Source of the DNA: Octopus vulgaris
Lineage: Eukaryota
Length of the DNA: 64,000 nucleotides
Reading direction: 5' to 3'
NCBI GenBank assembly: GCA_951406725.2
Contig: OX597819.1
Span: forward strand, 103,106,001 to 103,170,000
The notes under the pieces were generated by a model. The model was given only the letters and a program-made list of their open reading frames with translations. It was not told the DNA's origin and did no database searches. Positions 1 to 13,620 of the stretch are shown one piece after another (positions within the stretch are counted from its first letter, which is position 1; each line of letters begins with the position of its first letter). A program made the translations under genes and the position numbers.

Positions 1-552
1 CATTTGACTATACTGATAAATGCTATGAACATGAACCTCGTAGAAGGTACGAAATACAAGATGCTGTACGACTTAAACATTCAGACTGGAAGAATAATAG
101 AAGCTAGCAGGCCTGATTTGGTGCTAATAGATAAAGAGAATTGAAAGTGCCAGATCATTGGCGTTACAGTTCCAAATGATGAAAAAGATTAATATGAGAG
201 GTATAGAAAAATAGCAAAATACCAGGACCTAGCTATTGAATTTGCAGAGACTATGAAAAGTGCGGGTAAAATGCATCCCAGCAGTTATAGGTGCATTAGG
301 AAATATCCCTAATGATCTGAACAGATGCATAGAGGAAATAGGCATAAAACTCAGCTTAGTACAGCTCCAGAAAACAATGTTATTAGGGATAGCTAGGATA
401 TTTAGGAGGGCTTTTGGCATTTAATGTTACTTGCTATAACCCAATAGGAGGGTTCTTAACATTTAAGGCTACTTGCTGTAGCCCGATGTTTGAATTTGTT
501 TCTTTTCCAACAGTCTAATCTGTTGAGTGTACATGAAAATACAAATAATAAT
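1..552 (+). mobile_element. 3' end of a decayed R4/Dong-type non-LTR retrotransposon (restriction-like endonuclease domain, 3' UTR, TAA tail)
   Basis: Manual translation across stops and frameshifts: DKCYEHEP..KYKMLYDLNIQTGRIIEASRPDLVLIDKEN*KCQIIGVTVPND..KIAKYQDLAIE..VIGALGNIP..LQKTMLLGIARIFRRAFGI*. This is the PD..D-type RLE C-terminus. The element ends in AATAATAAT. Confidence 0.8.
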
Positions 553-740
553 GGTTTCAAATTTTGCCACAAGGCAGCAATTTTGGGGGAGAGGGTACTC
601 GATTACATCGACCCCAGTACTCAGCAGGTACTCAATTTGTTGATACCGAAAGGATAAAAAGCAAAGTCGACCTCGGTGGAATTTTAACTCAGAACGTCTA
701 TTTCGCCCGGCATGCTAATGATTCTGCCAGTTCACTGCCT

Positions 741-741
<1 letters not shown>
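553..741 (-). mobile_element. tRNA-derived SINE, family A (core GTCGACTTTGCCTTTCATCCTTTCGGGGTCGAT)
   Basis: Matches the repeat present about 20 times in this window, with a B-box-like AGTTNAAATTCC on the minus strand. Confidence 0.8.
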
Positions 742-885
<144 letters not shown>

Positions 886-891
886 GTTAAT

Positions 892-1280
892 GGTTTCAAA
901 GTTTAGCACAATACTAGCAATTTCAGAGGAAGCGGTAAGTCGATGCTATCCTGCCCAATTCTCGATTAATACTTTAATTCATTGACCCCGGATATATGAA
1001 ATGTAAAGGTAACCTCGACAGCATTTAAATTCACAACAGAAAGAGACCAGAAGGTATTTTCCGATGATTTGACTCTTCTGCCAGCTCACAGCTCGGTGGT
1101 TTTTTATTTACAGCACAAGGCCAGCGAATTTTAGACAGAATTCATCGATGCCATTGGACCTTGTGTTTAACTGGTTCTTTAGTATATTGACCCTTCAGAG
1201 GTTAAAGGCAGAATTGACCTCAGCGGAATTTAAAATCAGAACGTAACTAATTACAGCAATGAATTTTGCAAGAGGCTTTA
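892..1280 (-). mobile_element. Two old degenerate family A SINE copies
   Basis: Degenerate ATTGACCCC..AAAGG..GACCTC..ATTTAAA motifs occur twice. Confidence 0.6.
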
Positions 1281-1819
1281 ACAATTTTCTCAATTCGTCA
1301 ACAGAAATATATAGAGCGGAGCCAGTTACTGTTTTACTGGCGGACTCTGTTGACAATAAGATTAACAGATAAACAAGAATTCGTAACTGTTATTTGACCA
1401 TATGTGACCCTAAAATAATCTAAATACACACTATTTGGGTAGAAATATAACTTCGAGTTGAGTAGAACCAGACAGTTTTTCTTAGTTATTTTAAATATCT
1501 TCTATGTCTGTCTCTTCTTTTTTTTTTTTTTTGGCTTGTTTGCATTTTTTTTTTTGTGTTTTTTTAATTTCTATTCTATTGCACCACGAAATTACAAACT
1601 AATACCTTGGATAAAGCAGCCAGAAGCTATGAGTAAATAGTTCTATTCCTGGTGTAACATACAAACTAGTGGGAGCTCTGAGATTTCGATCGCACTGTCA
1701 ATATGACCAAGCAAAAAGGAAATAACATTTTCGATGAAATCTTCATCAAAACAGAGTAAGAAAGAAATAAGCAAGAAAAAGAATAAACAAGAAAAGACAC
1801 GATTCCTACCTTTCCACTA

Positions 1820-1827
1820 TATAGATT

Positions 1828-1914
<87 letters not shown>

Positions 1915-1960
1915 TGATTGATTGATACATACATAGATACATACATACATACATACATAT
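1820..1960. repeat. (ATAG)n/(ATAC)n microsatellite
   Basis: Direct reading. Confidence 0.95.
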
Positions 1961-2114
1961 ATAAACACATAAATATCAGCTGTGCCAAAAACATGGCATT
2001 ATAGCCACGCTGTCACCGGCAGGATACAGCAGAATGTCTACATAGACAACATAAACGGTCGAACGCAAATTCTTTTGTCGTACATTCGTGTTCACAGACA
2101 ACATCGGACTACTC

Positions 2115-2353
2115 TTCTACTTTTTTACTCTTTTACTTGTTTCAGTCATTTGACTGTGGCCATGCTGGAGCACCGCCTTTTGTCGAGAAAATCGACCCCG
2201 GGACTTATTCTTTGTAAGCCTAGTACTTATTCTAACGGCCTATTTGCCGAACCGCTAGGTTACGGGGACGTAAGCACACCAGCATCGGTTGTCAAGCGAT
2301 GTAGGTGGAAAGACACACGAACATATACAAACACATACATATATATATTTATA

Positions 2354-2384
<31 letters not shown>

Positions 2385-2572
2385 TTATATATATATATAT
2401 ATATACATACATATATACGACAGGTTTCTTTCAGTTTCCGTCCACCAAATCTACTCACAAGGCTTTGGCCGGCCTGAAGCTATAGTAGAAGACACTTGCC
2501 CAAGGTGCCACGCAGTGGAAATGAAACCGGAGGCATGTGGTTGGTAAGCAAGCTACTTACCATACAGCCATT
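2115..2572 (-). mobile_element. tRNA-derived SINE, family B (octopus OR/CORE-like, internal (TA)n tract)
   Basis: Minus strand reads TGGCTGTATGGTAAG..CACCTTGGGCAAGTGTCTTCTACTATAGC..(TA)n..CAGTCAAATGACTGAAACAAGTAAAAGAG. About 12 copies occur in the window. Confidence 0.85.
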
Positions 2573-2679
2573 GCGAAACAAATATAACTCCTGCAAGATT
2601 CTTCCCTTATATATATATATAGATATATATCAAGAGAGGGAGAGAGACGAGAAAGAGAGAAAGTTTGAGAGAGAGAGAG

Positions 2680-2879
<200 letters not shown>

Positions 2880-3332
2880 CCACTGAAATAGTCCACAGAA
2901 ACAGTTTTGAAAGTATGGAAATTTTGCTTACAACATTACACAACAATGGAGCATAGTTCCTTAAGTACATAAACGTTTTATCCCCCTAAACGCCACTGTT
3001 ATCGTCACTAAGGTGATAAACCGAGAATGACCACACAAAGAATTATCACGTCATAACTTCAATGAAATCCCTTTAACTTAATAAGCAAGTTTGTTTCTAA
3101 GCTTTCCACGTACCATCATATTACGTCATCACGAAAATAACAAAGGTGACATCTTAAACAACATGTCGTCATAAACAACAAGAATCAAAGACTGGGCTGA
3201 AATTCTTTGTAATTTTTTTTCATGCATTATTTTAGCCAACCAGTAGCTTTAGCTCACTTACTGGTATCCTGTGGGCCAATTTTGAATAGTTTAACGGAAG
3301 TCCTTGACCATTTCTTTATTTTTACCGTTGTC

Positions 3333-4135
3333 ACAATACTACTTTAATCAATCGAAGCTTTACTCAATCAAAACTTTTAACCAATCTAAATTTAAATGTT
3401 GAGACATGTTTCAGGTTATTTTAAGAAACAGAAATTATTAGCATCGACTGGGTACATTTGCTTAATGCCAGGAACGGTTTGTCCCTCTACTTTTGATTTC
3501 TATTTTGGCAACACTCATCCTTAAATTGTCATTTTGTTCTTTCATTGTACTAGAAGTAAGCTTTGGCCTAGCCTCCACAGAGTCATTTCTTTCATTTTCA
3601 ATTCACATGCGTTTACCTAACTTTTCTTTTCAGCAATGTCCATTAACTCTACAAAACAAATTGTTCCACTTAGATGACAACTTATATATAACTACATATA
3701 TTGCCATTAACCACATAAATTAGCTAATTAGCTTATCGATGTTCATTTTCGCGAAACGTATACGTAAACTTTACCTTAATTGTTGTAAGTCAAAGTCTAG
3801 CATTTCCTAAGACAGATTTTATCATATCCTAAGGCTTTTCCACCAACCGCTATCTGTGTAATTACCAGTGCATTCTTTATCAAAAAAATCCATCGAGATC
3901 TATATTTGTATTGACATTTACGAAAGAAAAGAGAAAATATCATACAAGAATATTTTGCTGTTATATCTAAAAGCCACTTTTTTATTTTCTCAAGAGGAGG
4001 GGGAAAATATTGCTGATACAACTCGATGAAATTATACTGCAAGGTTGTCGACTTCCAACTGTCGAGCAGTAAACAGTAAGCTGCCGCAACGACAACAAAC
4101 AAAATACCATGGTACCAATCATAACGCCAGGACAA
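3333..4135 (-). mobile_element. Possible highly decayed pogo/Tigger-type DDE transposon relic
   Basis: Minus-strand ORF contains DWYHGILF..CLLLDSWKS, resembling the pogo LLLDSWxGH motif, followed by a weak TAK..FFRK segment. A TIR-like end lies near 3333. Confidence 0.3.
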
Positions 4136-4334
4136 TACTACGTCACTAAGTTACAAAACATGATATGGAAATGAATCGTGCAAGTTCTCTAATATTGACA
4201 GCTTACATTATATCACTGAAGTCTGTATACGCTGTTTAATGTAGAAGAATTTAAAGACATTTAAGTATGTTTATTTGAGGCTTATTAGGTTTTGTGAGAA
4301 AATGCATTATTGTTATCAACATTTTGACGTAATA

Positions 4335-4908
4335 ATCATTTCTACTAAAGGCACAAGACCTGAAATTTGAGGCATGAGGACTACTCGATTACAAGGACCG
4401 CAGTGTTTCACTGGTACTTAATTCATCGACCCCGAAAGGATGAAAGGCAAAGTCGACCTCGGTGGAATTTCAACTTAGAACGTAGCGACAGACGAAATAC
4501 CTATTTCTTTACTACCCACAAGGAGCTAAACACAGAGAGGACAAACAAAGTGATTAAGTTGATTATATCGACTCCAGTGCGTAACTGGTACTTATTTAAT
4601 CGACCCCGAAAAGATGAAAGGCAAAGTCGACCTCGGCGGAATTTGAACTCAGAACGAAGCCATGGTCGAAATACCTATTTCTTTACTACCCACAAGGGGC
4701 TAAACACAGAGGGGACAAACAAGGACATACAAACAGATTAAGTCGATTATATCGACCCCAGTGCGTAACTGGTACTTATTTAATCGACCCCGAAAGGATG
4801 AAAGGCAAAGTCGACATCGGCGCAATTTGAACTTAGAACGTAACGGCAGACGAAATACGGCTACGCATTTCGCCCGGCGTTCTAACGTTTCTGCCAGCTC
4901 GCCGCCTT
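4335..4908 (-). mobile_element. Family A SINE concatemer (one head, three bodies)
   Basis: Three tandem ~180 bp units of CGACCCCGAAAGGATGAAAGGCAAAGTCGAC. A single head GGCGGCGAGCTGGCAGAAACGTTAG sits at the right end. Confidence 0.9.
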
Positions 4909-5461
4909 TGACGTAATAATGTCGTTCAAAATATACAATCGGTTATTATTATATTGTTACGTTATGAACGTTGAAAGGAAAACATTGATTCGGACATCTG
5001 TTATATTGTTTCCTGCACTATAGCTATTACATCATTACGTAGAAATATGGTTAATGTAGTCATGCCATTTGTGTTCTTCAAAGGTAATTATACATATAAA
5101 AAGAACTTTCTTTGCTATTTTGAAATTTGAATCTTATATTTCGTTACAAGATTATACATTTGCTCCACATTGGCGACACCAACTTGATTCGAACACGTAA
5201 ATATGTACTATTCTAATTTTCCCAATTGTCCATCCTTAAAAATTTACAGCCGTACCATGACATTAAAAAAAATAGTCTGAGTTCATTTAGCGAAAATTCA
5301 TGCACAGCTACACAGCTACCTTACTATGGCTATTTTAATTTTCTCATTCCATTAGGTTTCAATTATGTCACACACTGACAGCATAGAACTTAACATCAGC
5401 TAGACCTTCAATTTCAATTACATCACATATTTCTATATAAATATGTAATCAGTCACGTCAT

Positions 5462-5745
5462 TGAAGACGCATGGCTCAGTGGTTAGAGCGTCGGGTTCAC
5501 AATCATCAGTTAGTGAGTTCGGTTGCCGGTCCGCGCTGTGTATTGTGCTTTTTTTTTTTTAGCAAGACACTGTTTCACGTTGCTCCAGTTCACTTAGCTG
5601 GTGACGTAATTGGTGCCAAGCTTTACCTTTCCTTTGCGTAACATCGGTAGAGTGGAGAGGGAAGCCTCGTATGGAAAGGTGAATGTTGGTCTTCCATATA
5701 CAGCCTTGCCCGGAGTTGTGGCAGCAAATTACTTTCTACACTCCA
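5462..5745 (+). mobile_element. tRNA-derived SINE, family C
   Basis: A-box TGGCTCAGTGGTTAGAGCG and B-box-like GAGTTCGGTTGCC. Homologous to 16097-16425. Confidence 0.8.
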
Positions 5746-6559
5746 TCAGTCAAGATCGGGCGTAAATATAGTGTTTGTACTGTATTGAAGGATGAACTAA
5801 TATTCACGAATTTTTATTCACAAAACCTTCAGACATCGATGCCAGGGAGATCTAACTGCAACTATTCTCCGCCGTGTGAAACAAATGGTTGTTAAGATGC
5901 GCAATAAAAGAATGACCTCAAATTATTATTACGTCATGTATTTACAAACTCGCTTTTGAAGCATAGTTTTGTTTCTAAGCGCCGTGCAAGTCGGGGAAGC
6001 TTGAAAATACGACTCGTTATGACGTCACATTCAATTTAACAAAGAAGACGATGGATATAAATCAAATCGTCCATAAGTTTGTTTCAGCAGGAGAGTAATG
6101 AAACTGTTCAAGATTTGACATGAGGGAAAATACAGCTGGCAAAATACAAAGAACTTATGCTATGAGCGGCAGCTACAAAGGAACACCAAATAAAGCCGTA
6201 CCCCACTCAACATTAACAAAAATATTACGTTATAAAAGTAACTGTTTTAATATACCCTGTGATATTTTGTGGTATTGCCAGCTTATAATGTCACTGAATT
6301 TATGTTAGTATTGAACAATTTCAAGACAATTAATATTTATGAAAGTTGACTTGAAAATTGTTCGTTTTTATCAGAAATTACATCGTTATTACAAACATAT
6401 TTTACATAATCAAAACATAATCAAAACATAATCAAATAGTTATTTATTGCGCGTGTGTGTGTGTGTGTGTGTGTGTGTGTAGTGAGCTATTTTACTTTTT
6501 CTCACATGCAGAAGCTATCTTGACTTCGAATTTACCTCAATGATTAAAATATATTAATT

Positions 6560-6940
6560 GTTTCTAATTTAGGTAGAGATGAACAACTTTGAGGAGAAAG
6601 TATTAGTCAATACTGTTGACCCTTAGTATAAAACTAATACCACACGTTATCCATTCCGGAGTGATGAAAAGCAAATTTTAACCCGTCAGGAGTTGAATCG
6701 GAGTTGACACTGTAAAATGCGTTTTCCGACTATTTCACGATTTTGTCAATCAACCATCCTAAAGTTATAGATAATAAAATATACTGATTTAAACACTACA
6801 CCAACTTACTTTTTTCTTGAGAATTGGTTAGTTGACACTACCGACCCTACAGTAAGCTGGTCACTTGTTTTTATCGAGCATAAAATGATGAAAGATAAAG
6901 TCGACTTCGATAGGATTTGAACTCAAAAGTAAAGTGTCGG
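6560..6940 (-). mobile_element. Two degenerate family A SINE copies
   Basis: Degenerate GATGAAAG..AAAGTCGAC..ATTTGAACTCA motifs. Confidence 0.55.
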
Positions 6941-8189
6941 AGATAAAAATGAAACGAAACAACAACCACAAAGCTTTTTTTCTTTTCTTTTATCGTCTAA
7001 CTTGCTTGCCGCCAGTGGGAGAGAGAAAGAGAGAAAGATCTAGTGATGAAACTATAAGCGTAGACATTGTTTCTAATTCTTTTTTATGTATTTACTTATT
7101 TCTAAAGTAAATAAAGGCAAAAGTCAAATATTTAAAGCATATTAGAAAGCAAAGAATGAATTCTTGTCAGAAATTATAACAGAAATTCCATAGATATTAC
7201 TGTCTACGAGCATACATTAAACACGATCCTTGTAAATATCTGGTACCATGACTAGTGCGTCTCTAAGAAATATGTTAAATACAGCGTTAACTTGGTGCCC
7301 AGCCGACAGCGCACCGTAAATTCTCATGAGCATTGTTTGTGTTTTAAGTTCATATCTAAGTTTAATTCACAGATGTGACATTTTATAAGTCATTATATTC
7401 GAAGTAGTTAGTTAAAATATTCCGTGGTCAAAGTTCTTGATAAACTAGTATTCTATGCTGTAGGTCTGTATAAGTAAGGAACTGGTTTTATTGCCTAATT
7501 CGACAGTTGCTTCATCAACACTTTCCCAGGGGGTTGTTGCTGGAATATTGTTATAATAAGGTTATTATTTTAGCAATATTGGAAAATATCGACTCATCAG
7601 GCTTATGTATAAATTGAGTTGTTGAATGAAACCTTATTTCATAGAATATACATGCATGTGTATGTGTGTCTGTGTGTGTATGCGTGTGTTTATTTCTCAT
7701 TGTTGAAGATGTGCTTATGATTTCATGAGCATATGATAGTTAAAGCAAAAAAACAAATACACAATAAATCACAAATCCGAATAAACTAGTCTCTTTAATT
7801 CATTCTAGTTCTTCTATGTTATTAACAGCTTTCCGTCTTATATCAGCAAAGTGCTATGTTATAGAGCATGAGTGAGAAGAACGTACGATCTTGTGTTTCC
7901 TGAAGTGTTGAATTTTATTTGCAATAGCCAATTGTATGTAATAGCCAATCAGCACACAAAATAGAGGGATAATAGATATTTCTGATACAAGCAGAAAACG
8001 AAAACTGTGTTGGTGTCTGTAGAAGCATTAAAATCAGAACTTGATGTCACTAAATACTTACTAGAGATTCGGGTCAGCGTTCTATCATTTTTGCTATTCC
8101 ATTTCGCTAAATCACTTCTTATTGCATGATTTCAGAAATCACAAAATGTTAACGGATACCAAACGAGTAATAAAATACAATAATAATTC

Positions 8190-8370
8190 TTTCTCCTCTA
8201 TGCACCAGACCTAAGATTTTGGCAAGAAGAAATTAACAAAGACGTCATCTACTCCAGTACTCAACTGGTACATATTTTATCGACCCTGAAATTATGAAAG
8301 GCAAAGTCAACGACAGTAGCATTCGAGCTCAGAACATCAAGTGCCGATTATGGACAGCTTGCCGGCTTAA
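8190..8370 (-). mobile_element. Degenerate family A SINE
   Basis: CAACTGGTAC..ATCGACCCTGAAATTATGAAAGGCAAAGTCAAC. Confidence 0.65.
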
Positions 8371-10320
8371 TAACAATACGTCCTACTAAAGAAACAAGAC
8401 CTAAAATTTTTTGAAACTTGTCTCAGAATTGATCAGATTATCGTAATGAGAAATCTAAGACAATTTGTTACCCTCATGATAAAGTTAATAGCATAAATGT
8501 AAATAAAAGTGGTGAAGAAACGAAGAATCAGAATGCAGTGGAGAGCTGACTGACCGACACTATTGTAACTTTGGTTCCGGTACGTTTCCTTAAATCAATT
8601 AACAAGTGGGCATTGAGTTAGAAACGTGTCTCTTAGTGTTCAGGGAATACAGCAAAATATATCATTGATGAATGATGTTGAAGTCTGGCAAGATATGCAG
8701 ATGTAGACAATATAGAACTGAATTGCTAATACGTAGCGGTTGGTATATGTTTAAAGGTTTTTCACTCTATGTTGTTTGATCTATTCGCTACAGACGGTTC
8801 AGCTCATACATCAATTTGACGGATCCATTGAATTCACGAAAACAGCGAGTAAGTGAATATATTATATATCTTCTACTCTGGGAGCGTTCTGGATACAAAG
8901 TCGATAACCAAAGTAAAGAAACACAGCATGGAGAAAATTCTGATTATGATGAAAATAAGTACATTTGTCTTGTGTTAATATGATACATCTTATAACATGC
9001 ACAGAAGTGAATTTAGTAACACACCTGTTCCCTTAACCTTTCACATAGCATAAAATATTCTTTCAGCACCTGGAAGGCGATGTTTCTCATTTAGTATATA
9101 CGTGAATTAATGTGGCAGTTTTCAGTGTCTGCATTAACGTAAGTGGGGGCGCATGTATGTGTGTGTTTATGGATGTGTGAGGGTGTTGGGGGCATAATTT
9201 TAGTGTTTGAGCTTCTTTAAGTGTGTGTGTGTGTGTGTATGTGTGTGTGTGTGTGTGTGTGTGCCTTTGGGTGATGGTAGGGAACAATTTACGGATGTAA
9301 GCCTGTGCTCACGCAAGTGTATGAATGTGCAGTATGTGCATGGGTTTGTAATAACTTGCAAATGAGAATCTACAACAAAAGTTGAATACCCTGTTTCTAG
9401 TGCTGTATATATATACACAAATAGACTAAGAGAGAGAGAGAGAGGTACTGATAGAGAGAGAGAGAGAGAGAGAGAATGCGAGAGATATATACATTCAAAC
9501 ACAGTTATCTACATATATACATTCAAATGCAATATACATAAATATATAAGTGTGTGTCTGCGTGCTTGTGTGTGTGCGTGTGTGTGTGTGCACGTGTGTG
9601 TGTGTGCACGTGTGTGTGTGTTTGTGTTTGTGTATGCGCGCGTGTGTGTGTGCACGTGCGTGTGTGTTCAACTGCAAGTTTTTGTCAACAAAAGAGGGAG
9701 TTGTCAATTCGTGTTTTTAGTATACGATTTCTTTAAATGGATTACTTTCTTGTGATTATCTACTTAACCGCAATTTAAAACATTGCGTGTTGACACCCTC
9801 ACATATAACTTGTAGAATGAACGAAATATTAATAAGTTTTATATTCTTCCCTGTCTTGCACAAAAAAAAACCGGATGCGCCAATATTTATTCATGTAGAG
9901 AAATATGAGCGTATCAAGAGCATTTACAAACGTATCAGCGAATAGATATTCTTTCATAAGCGATATCGTCGCAGATACTGGTTCAGAAACAACGCCAGAA
10001 AAAGTCATGTCCGTAACTCGCTCGTTTTGCTGGAACAAACAAAAAGAAAATGCTAATGGTGGAAAAAATTCCATCAAATACTTTTGTCTTGGCAGAAAAA
10101 GAAAATCAATGGAGGGACATACACCAGTTTTTCACTAAAACGTTCTCAAACTTCCATAGTTTTCACTTTTCTTTTTTCGTAATTTGCTTTCTTTGTTCTG
10201 ATTTAAATTCTAGACATTTACATAGATTATCAAATAATTGAATATTTGCTGCCCCCTCCCACATTTACACTATGCTGAAGACATACAATATGTCTAGATA
10301 GAGAAGTGGAAGAAAATATT

Positions 10321-10923
10321 CTTTTCTCTTCAAGGCACAAGGTCTGAAATTTTGTGGGTGGGGGAGCCAGTCGATTAGATCGACCCTAGTACGCAACTGG
10401 TACTTAATTTATCAACCCCGAAATAATGAAAGGCAAAGTTGACCTCGGCGAAATTTGAACTCAGAACGTAAAGACAAGAAATACCGCTAAGCATTTAATC
10501 CGGTGTGCTAACGCTTCTTCTTTCTTAATTGCCTTCAAAGAGCTAAACATAGAGGGGACAGACAAGGACAGACAAAGGGATTAAGTTGATTACATCGACC
10601 CCAGTGCGTAACTTATCGATCCCGAAAGAATAAAAGGCAAAGTCGACCTTGGCGGATTTTGAACACAGAACGTAGCAGCAGACGAAATACCTATTTCTTT
10701 ACTACCCAAAAGGGGCTAAATATAATGTGGACAAACAAGGACAGACAAAGGGATCAAGTGGATTATATCGACCCCAGTGCGTAACTGGTACTTAATTTAT
10801 CGACTCCGAAAGGATGAAAGGCAAAGTCGACCTCGGCGGAATTTAAACTCACAACGTAACGGCAGACGAAATACCGCTCAGCAGTTCGCCCGGCGTGCTA
10901 ACGTTTCTGCCAGCTCACCGCCT
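10321..10923 (-). mobile_element. Family A SINE concatemer (three bodies)
   Basis: Same architecture as 4335-4908. Confidence 0.9.
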
Positions 10924-12274
10924 TACAAACCGAAAAATGAAGAATTGGACATCAGTTAATAGGCACGAATGAAACATGAGATTCAATGTAAGACTATACA
11001 GAACTCAATAAATAAAATATACTATAAATTATATAAGAAACGTAAAACACAAATCGGTCAAGATAATTCTAACAGAATCAACCGCGGCTCCTCGTATCTC
11101 TGGCTCTCTTTTTACCGTTGTTTACCTATCTTTGTAGTCCAAATAATTTCTCTTTCTAAAATTACCTGTGAGAAATTTGTGAATCGAGTGATTAGAAAAG
11201 AACCGTACCCTGTGGATGGTTTACATAGGCTTTCGTAGTATTACGCTTCGGCTTTTATTCAGATCTTCCGTGTAATCTGAATGGATTTCTTTGTCAATCT
11301 GTCCTGATTTAGTCTGGAAATAGCTGCATAGATCACTTAAGACCTAAGTCTTTATTTCTTGCGATGGAAATGTTTCGAAGGAGTTTTCCGAAATTAGTCG
11401 ATTGGGAAATGAATGAATGAATGAATGAATATAAAATCGAAAGAAAGCATAAACATTTCATCCTTTTTATAGTTCCTTCACATCTGTTTATACTCCGTTT
11501 TTTTTTAATCCACTGCATCTTACAGACCAATATCTTCATCTTCACTATCACTGCAATTACCACAATCACAGCTAGTATCATCATATTCACCGCCTGCAAT
11601 GCCACCTCCATCATAATCCGCAAAGAAATTACTATCACCATCATCATCATCATCACAATCATCATAATTATCACCGTATGATTCTTGTAGATATGTCTCT
11701 TCTCTATTTCTTTATCCCCCCATCATATTTGTGATTTCCTATTCTATTCCTCTACCTCCTCCTCCTCTTCCTCCCCATTTTCCCCCTTCTCCTACCCCTC
11801 TTCCTTCAATCTCTCTACTATTCCCTCTCCATAGAGTTCCTCTTATTTCCACACGCTGCAATTCCTGTGTGTCAAATCAGCTAATTTATGTATTTATGTG
11901 CGTCTGACTGGGTTCTGCGCTCGAACCCTTGACCTCATTGCCCGCAGCAGTTTTAATGCCTATTACGTTATTTAGATGATATTAGCCATTTTCACATAAT
12001 GAAGCCAAGCAAATATGAACTTATAATACATGCGTCCGCCCCTGTATTTGAACTTATAACCTTTGTGTTGCTAATATGTTTAATATAGACGACCTGCTGA
12101 GAAATGTAATCATTCATATCGATGTGTGGAGGCGAATGAGTCGTTTTGTGTCGCTACTCCCGCGTGAGCAAGCAAATTGCATTTATTTGTGTGTGTGCGT
12201 CACTACAGACGCGTATTTATGCTTGTAGTGCATTTTGTCTCTTCTGCACGAAAGCGTTTTGTGTATTTATATTT

Positions 12275-12284
12275 ACGTGTGTGT

Positions 12285-12331
<47 letters not shown>

Positions 12332-12493
12332 TGTATGTCTATGTATGTATTGTGTATGGTGCATTTTGCGAGTGGCTGTGGAAGTGTAAATATGTGCAGA
12401 ATTAGAGATGTGCATGACGGATCTATCTGTCTGTCTGTATGTATGTATGTACGTACGTATGTATGTATGTACGTACGTATGTATGTATGTATG

Positions 12494-12539
<46 letters not shown>

Positions 12540-12584
12540 CCAGCATGGCCACAGCTCGTGAGTTGAAACTAGATGAAATGATAT

Positions 12585-12666
<82 letters not shown>

Positions 12667-13091
12667 TGATAGATAGATAGATATACGTATATATGTATAA
12701 CATATATATATAATATTTGGGAGGTTAGTCTGTGTGTATGTGTATGAGTTCATGTGTGTAAGCATTAGCGAAGTAGGTAGATAGATGCACAGAAAGGCAG
12801 ATCTAAAGATAAATAAATATGTTAATATATAGATGACAACCTAGTTAGGTATATGCATAGAGATAGGTAGATAAATACATGAGTAGAAAGCCGGTAGCCT
12901 CTTCAGTATGTGCATGGTACATAGTTTATACATATGCATGCACAAACATACGAAGAACCAACACACTTGTACACAGGCATATATAATAGAAATATTGTAT
13001 CATGAACGAATATTGGTTCATATACACGCATGAAGTTAATTACAAACCTACATATATAAATATATACATACATGCATACATACATACATAT

Positions 13092-13170
<79 letters not shown>
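12275..13170. repeat. Cluster of (GT)n, (ATGT)n, (TA)n and (GATA)n microsatellites
   Basis: Direct reading. Confidence 0.9.
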
Positions 13171-13172
<2 letters not shown>

Positions 13173-13442
13173 CATAATATAAAAATGTATATATTGTTTG
13201 TGTATTGCTTACGACCTTCTGTATTTGCCATATACACAAGGCATCCAACCAGCCAAACATAAGCCTTTGGCACTTATTTTCTACATAAAATAAACACCAC
13301 ACTTTGTATAAGCCTGCCTATGCACGCGCAATCAAATGCATAGCAGCCATAGCCTGTGTGCCAAACCACCTCCACTTTACGCGGCGGGTTTGCAAGAGAG
13401 AAAATCCGACCACGTGAATCCCATGTGATCAATCTGATTTCA

Positions 13443-13498
13443 CCTCATTTCACAAGCCAATGGTTACATTGTGGAGATGCGTTGGCTTGTGAAAGAGG
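13443..13498 (+). ncRNA. Candidate pre-miRNA-like hairpin (strand uncertain)
   Basis: CCTC-A-TTTCACAAGCCAATG pairs with CGTTGGCTTGTGAAA-GAGG (19 bp, one bulge, one G:U). The 17-nt loop contains TGTG. Confidence 0.3.
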
Positions 13499-13581
13499 CT
13501 GCGTGATTTCATTGTAAGAAGAAAGAAGGGAGGCTTAATGAGAGTAAGAGGGAGACAGAAACTATGAGACTTTAAAGTCTT

Positions 13582-13620
13582 GGCGGCCATTTTGAAGAAT
13601 TTTTTCTGCACCAGATGGCC
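13582..13620. promoter_or_regulatory. YY1-like motif (CAAAATGGCCGCC on minus) next to E-box ACCAGATGGC
   Basis: Motif matches inside a non-repetitive, GC-richer island that also has CACGTG at 13411. Confidence 0.25.

Noticed and set aside
4367-4741. Recurrent RPRKDERQSRPRRNLNSER peptide ORFs (also at 10777 and 30126)
   Set aside because: Antisense translation of the family A SINE.
6120-6245. VPHSTLTKILRYK resembles a CENP-B/Tigger HTH
   Set aside because: Too short and degenerate to support a call without a profile search.
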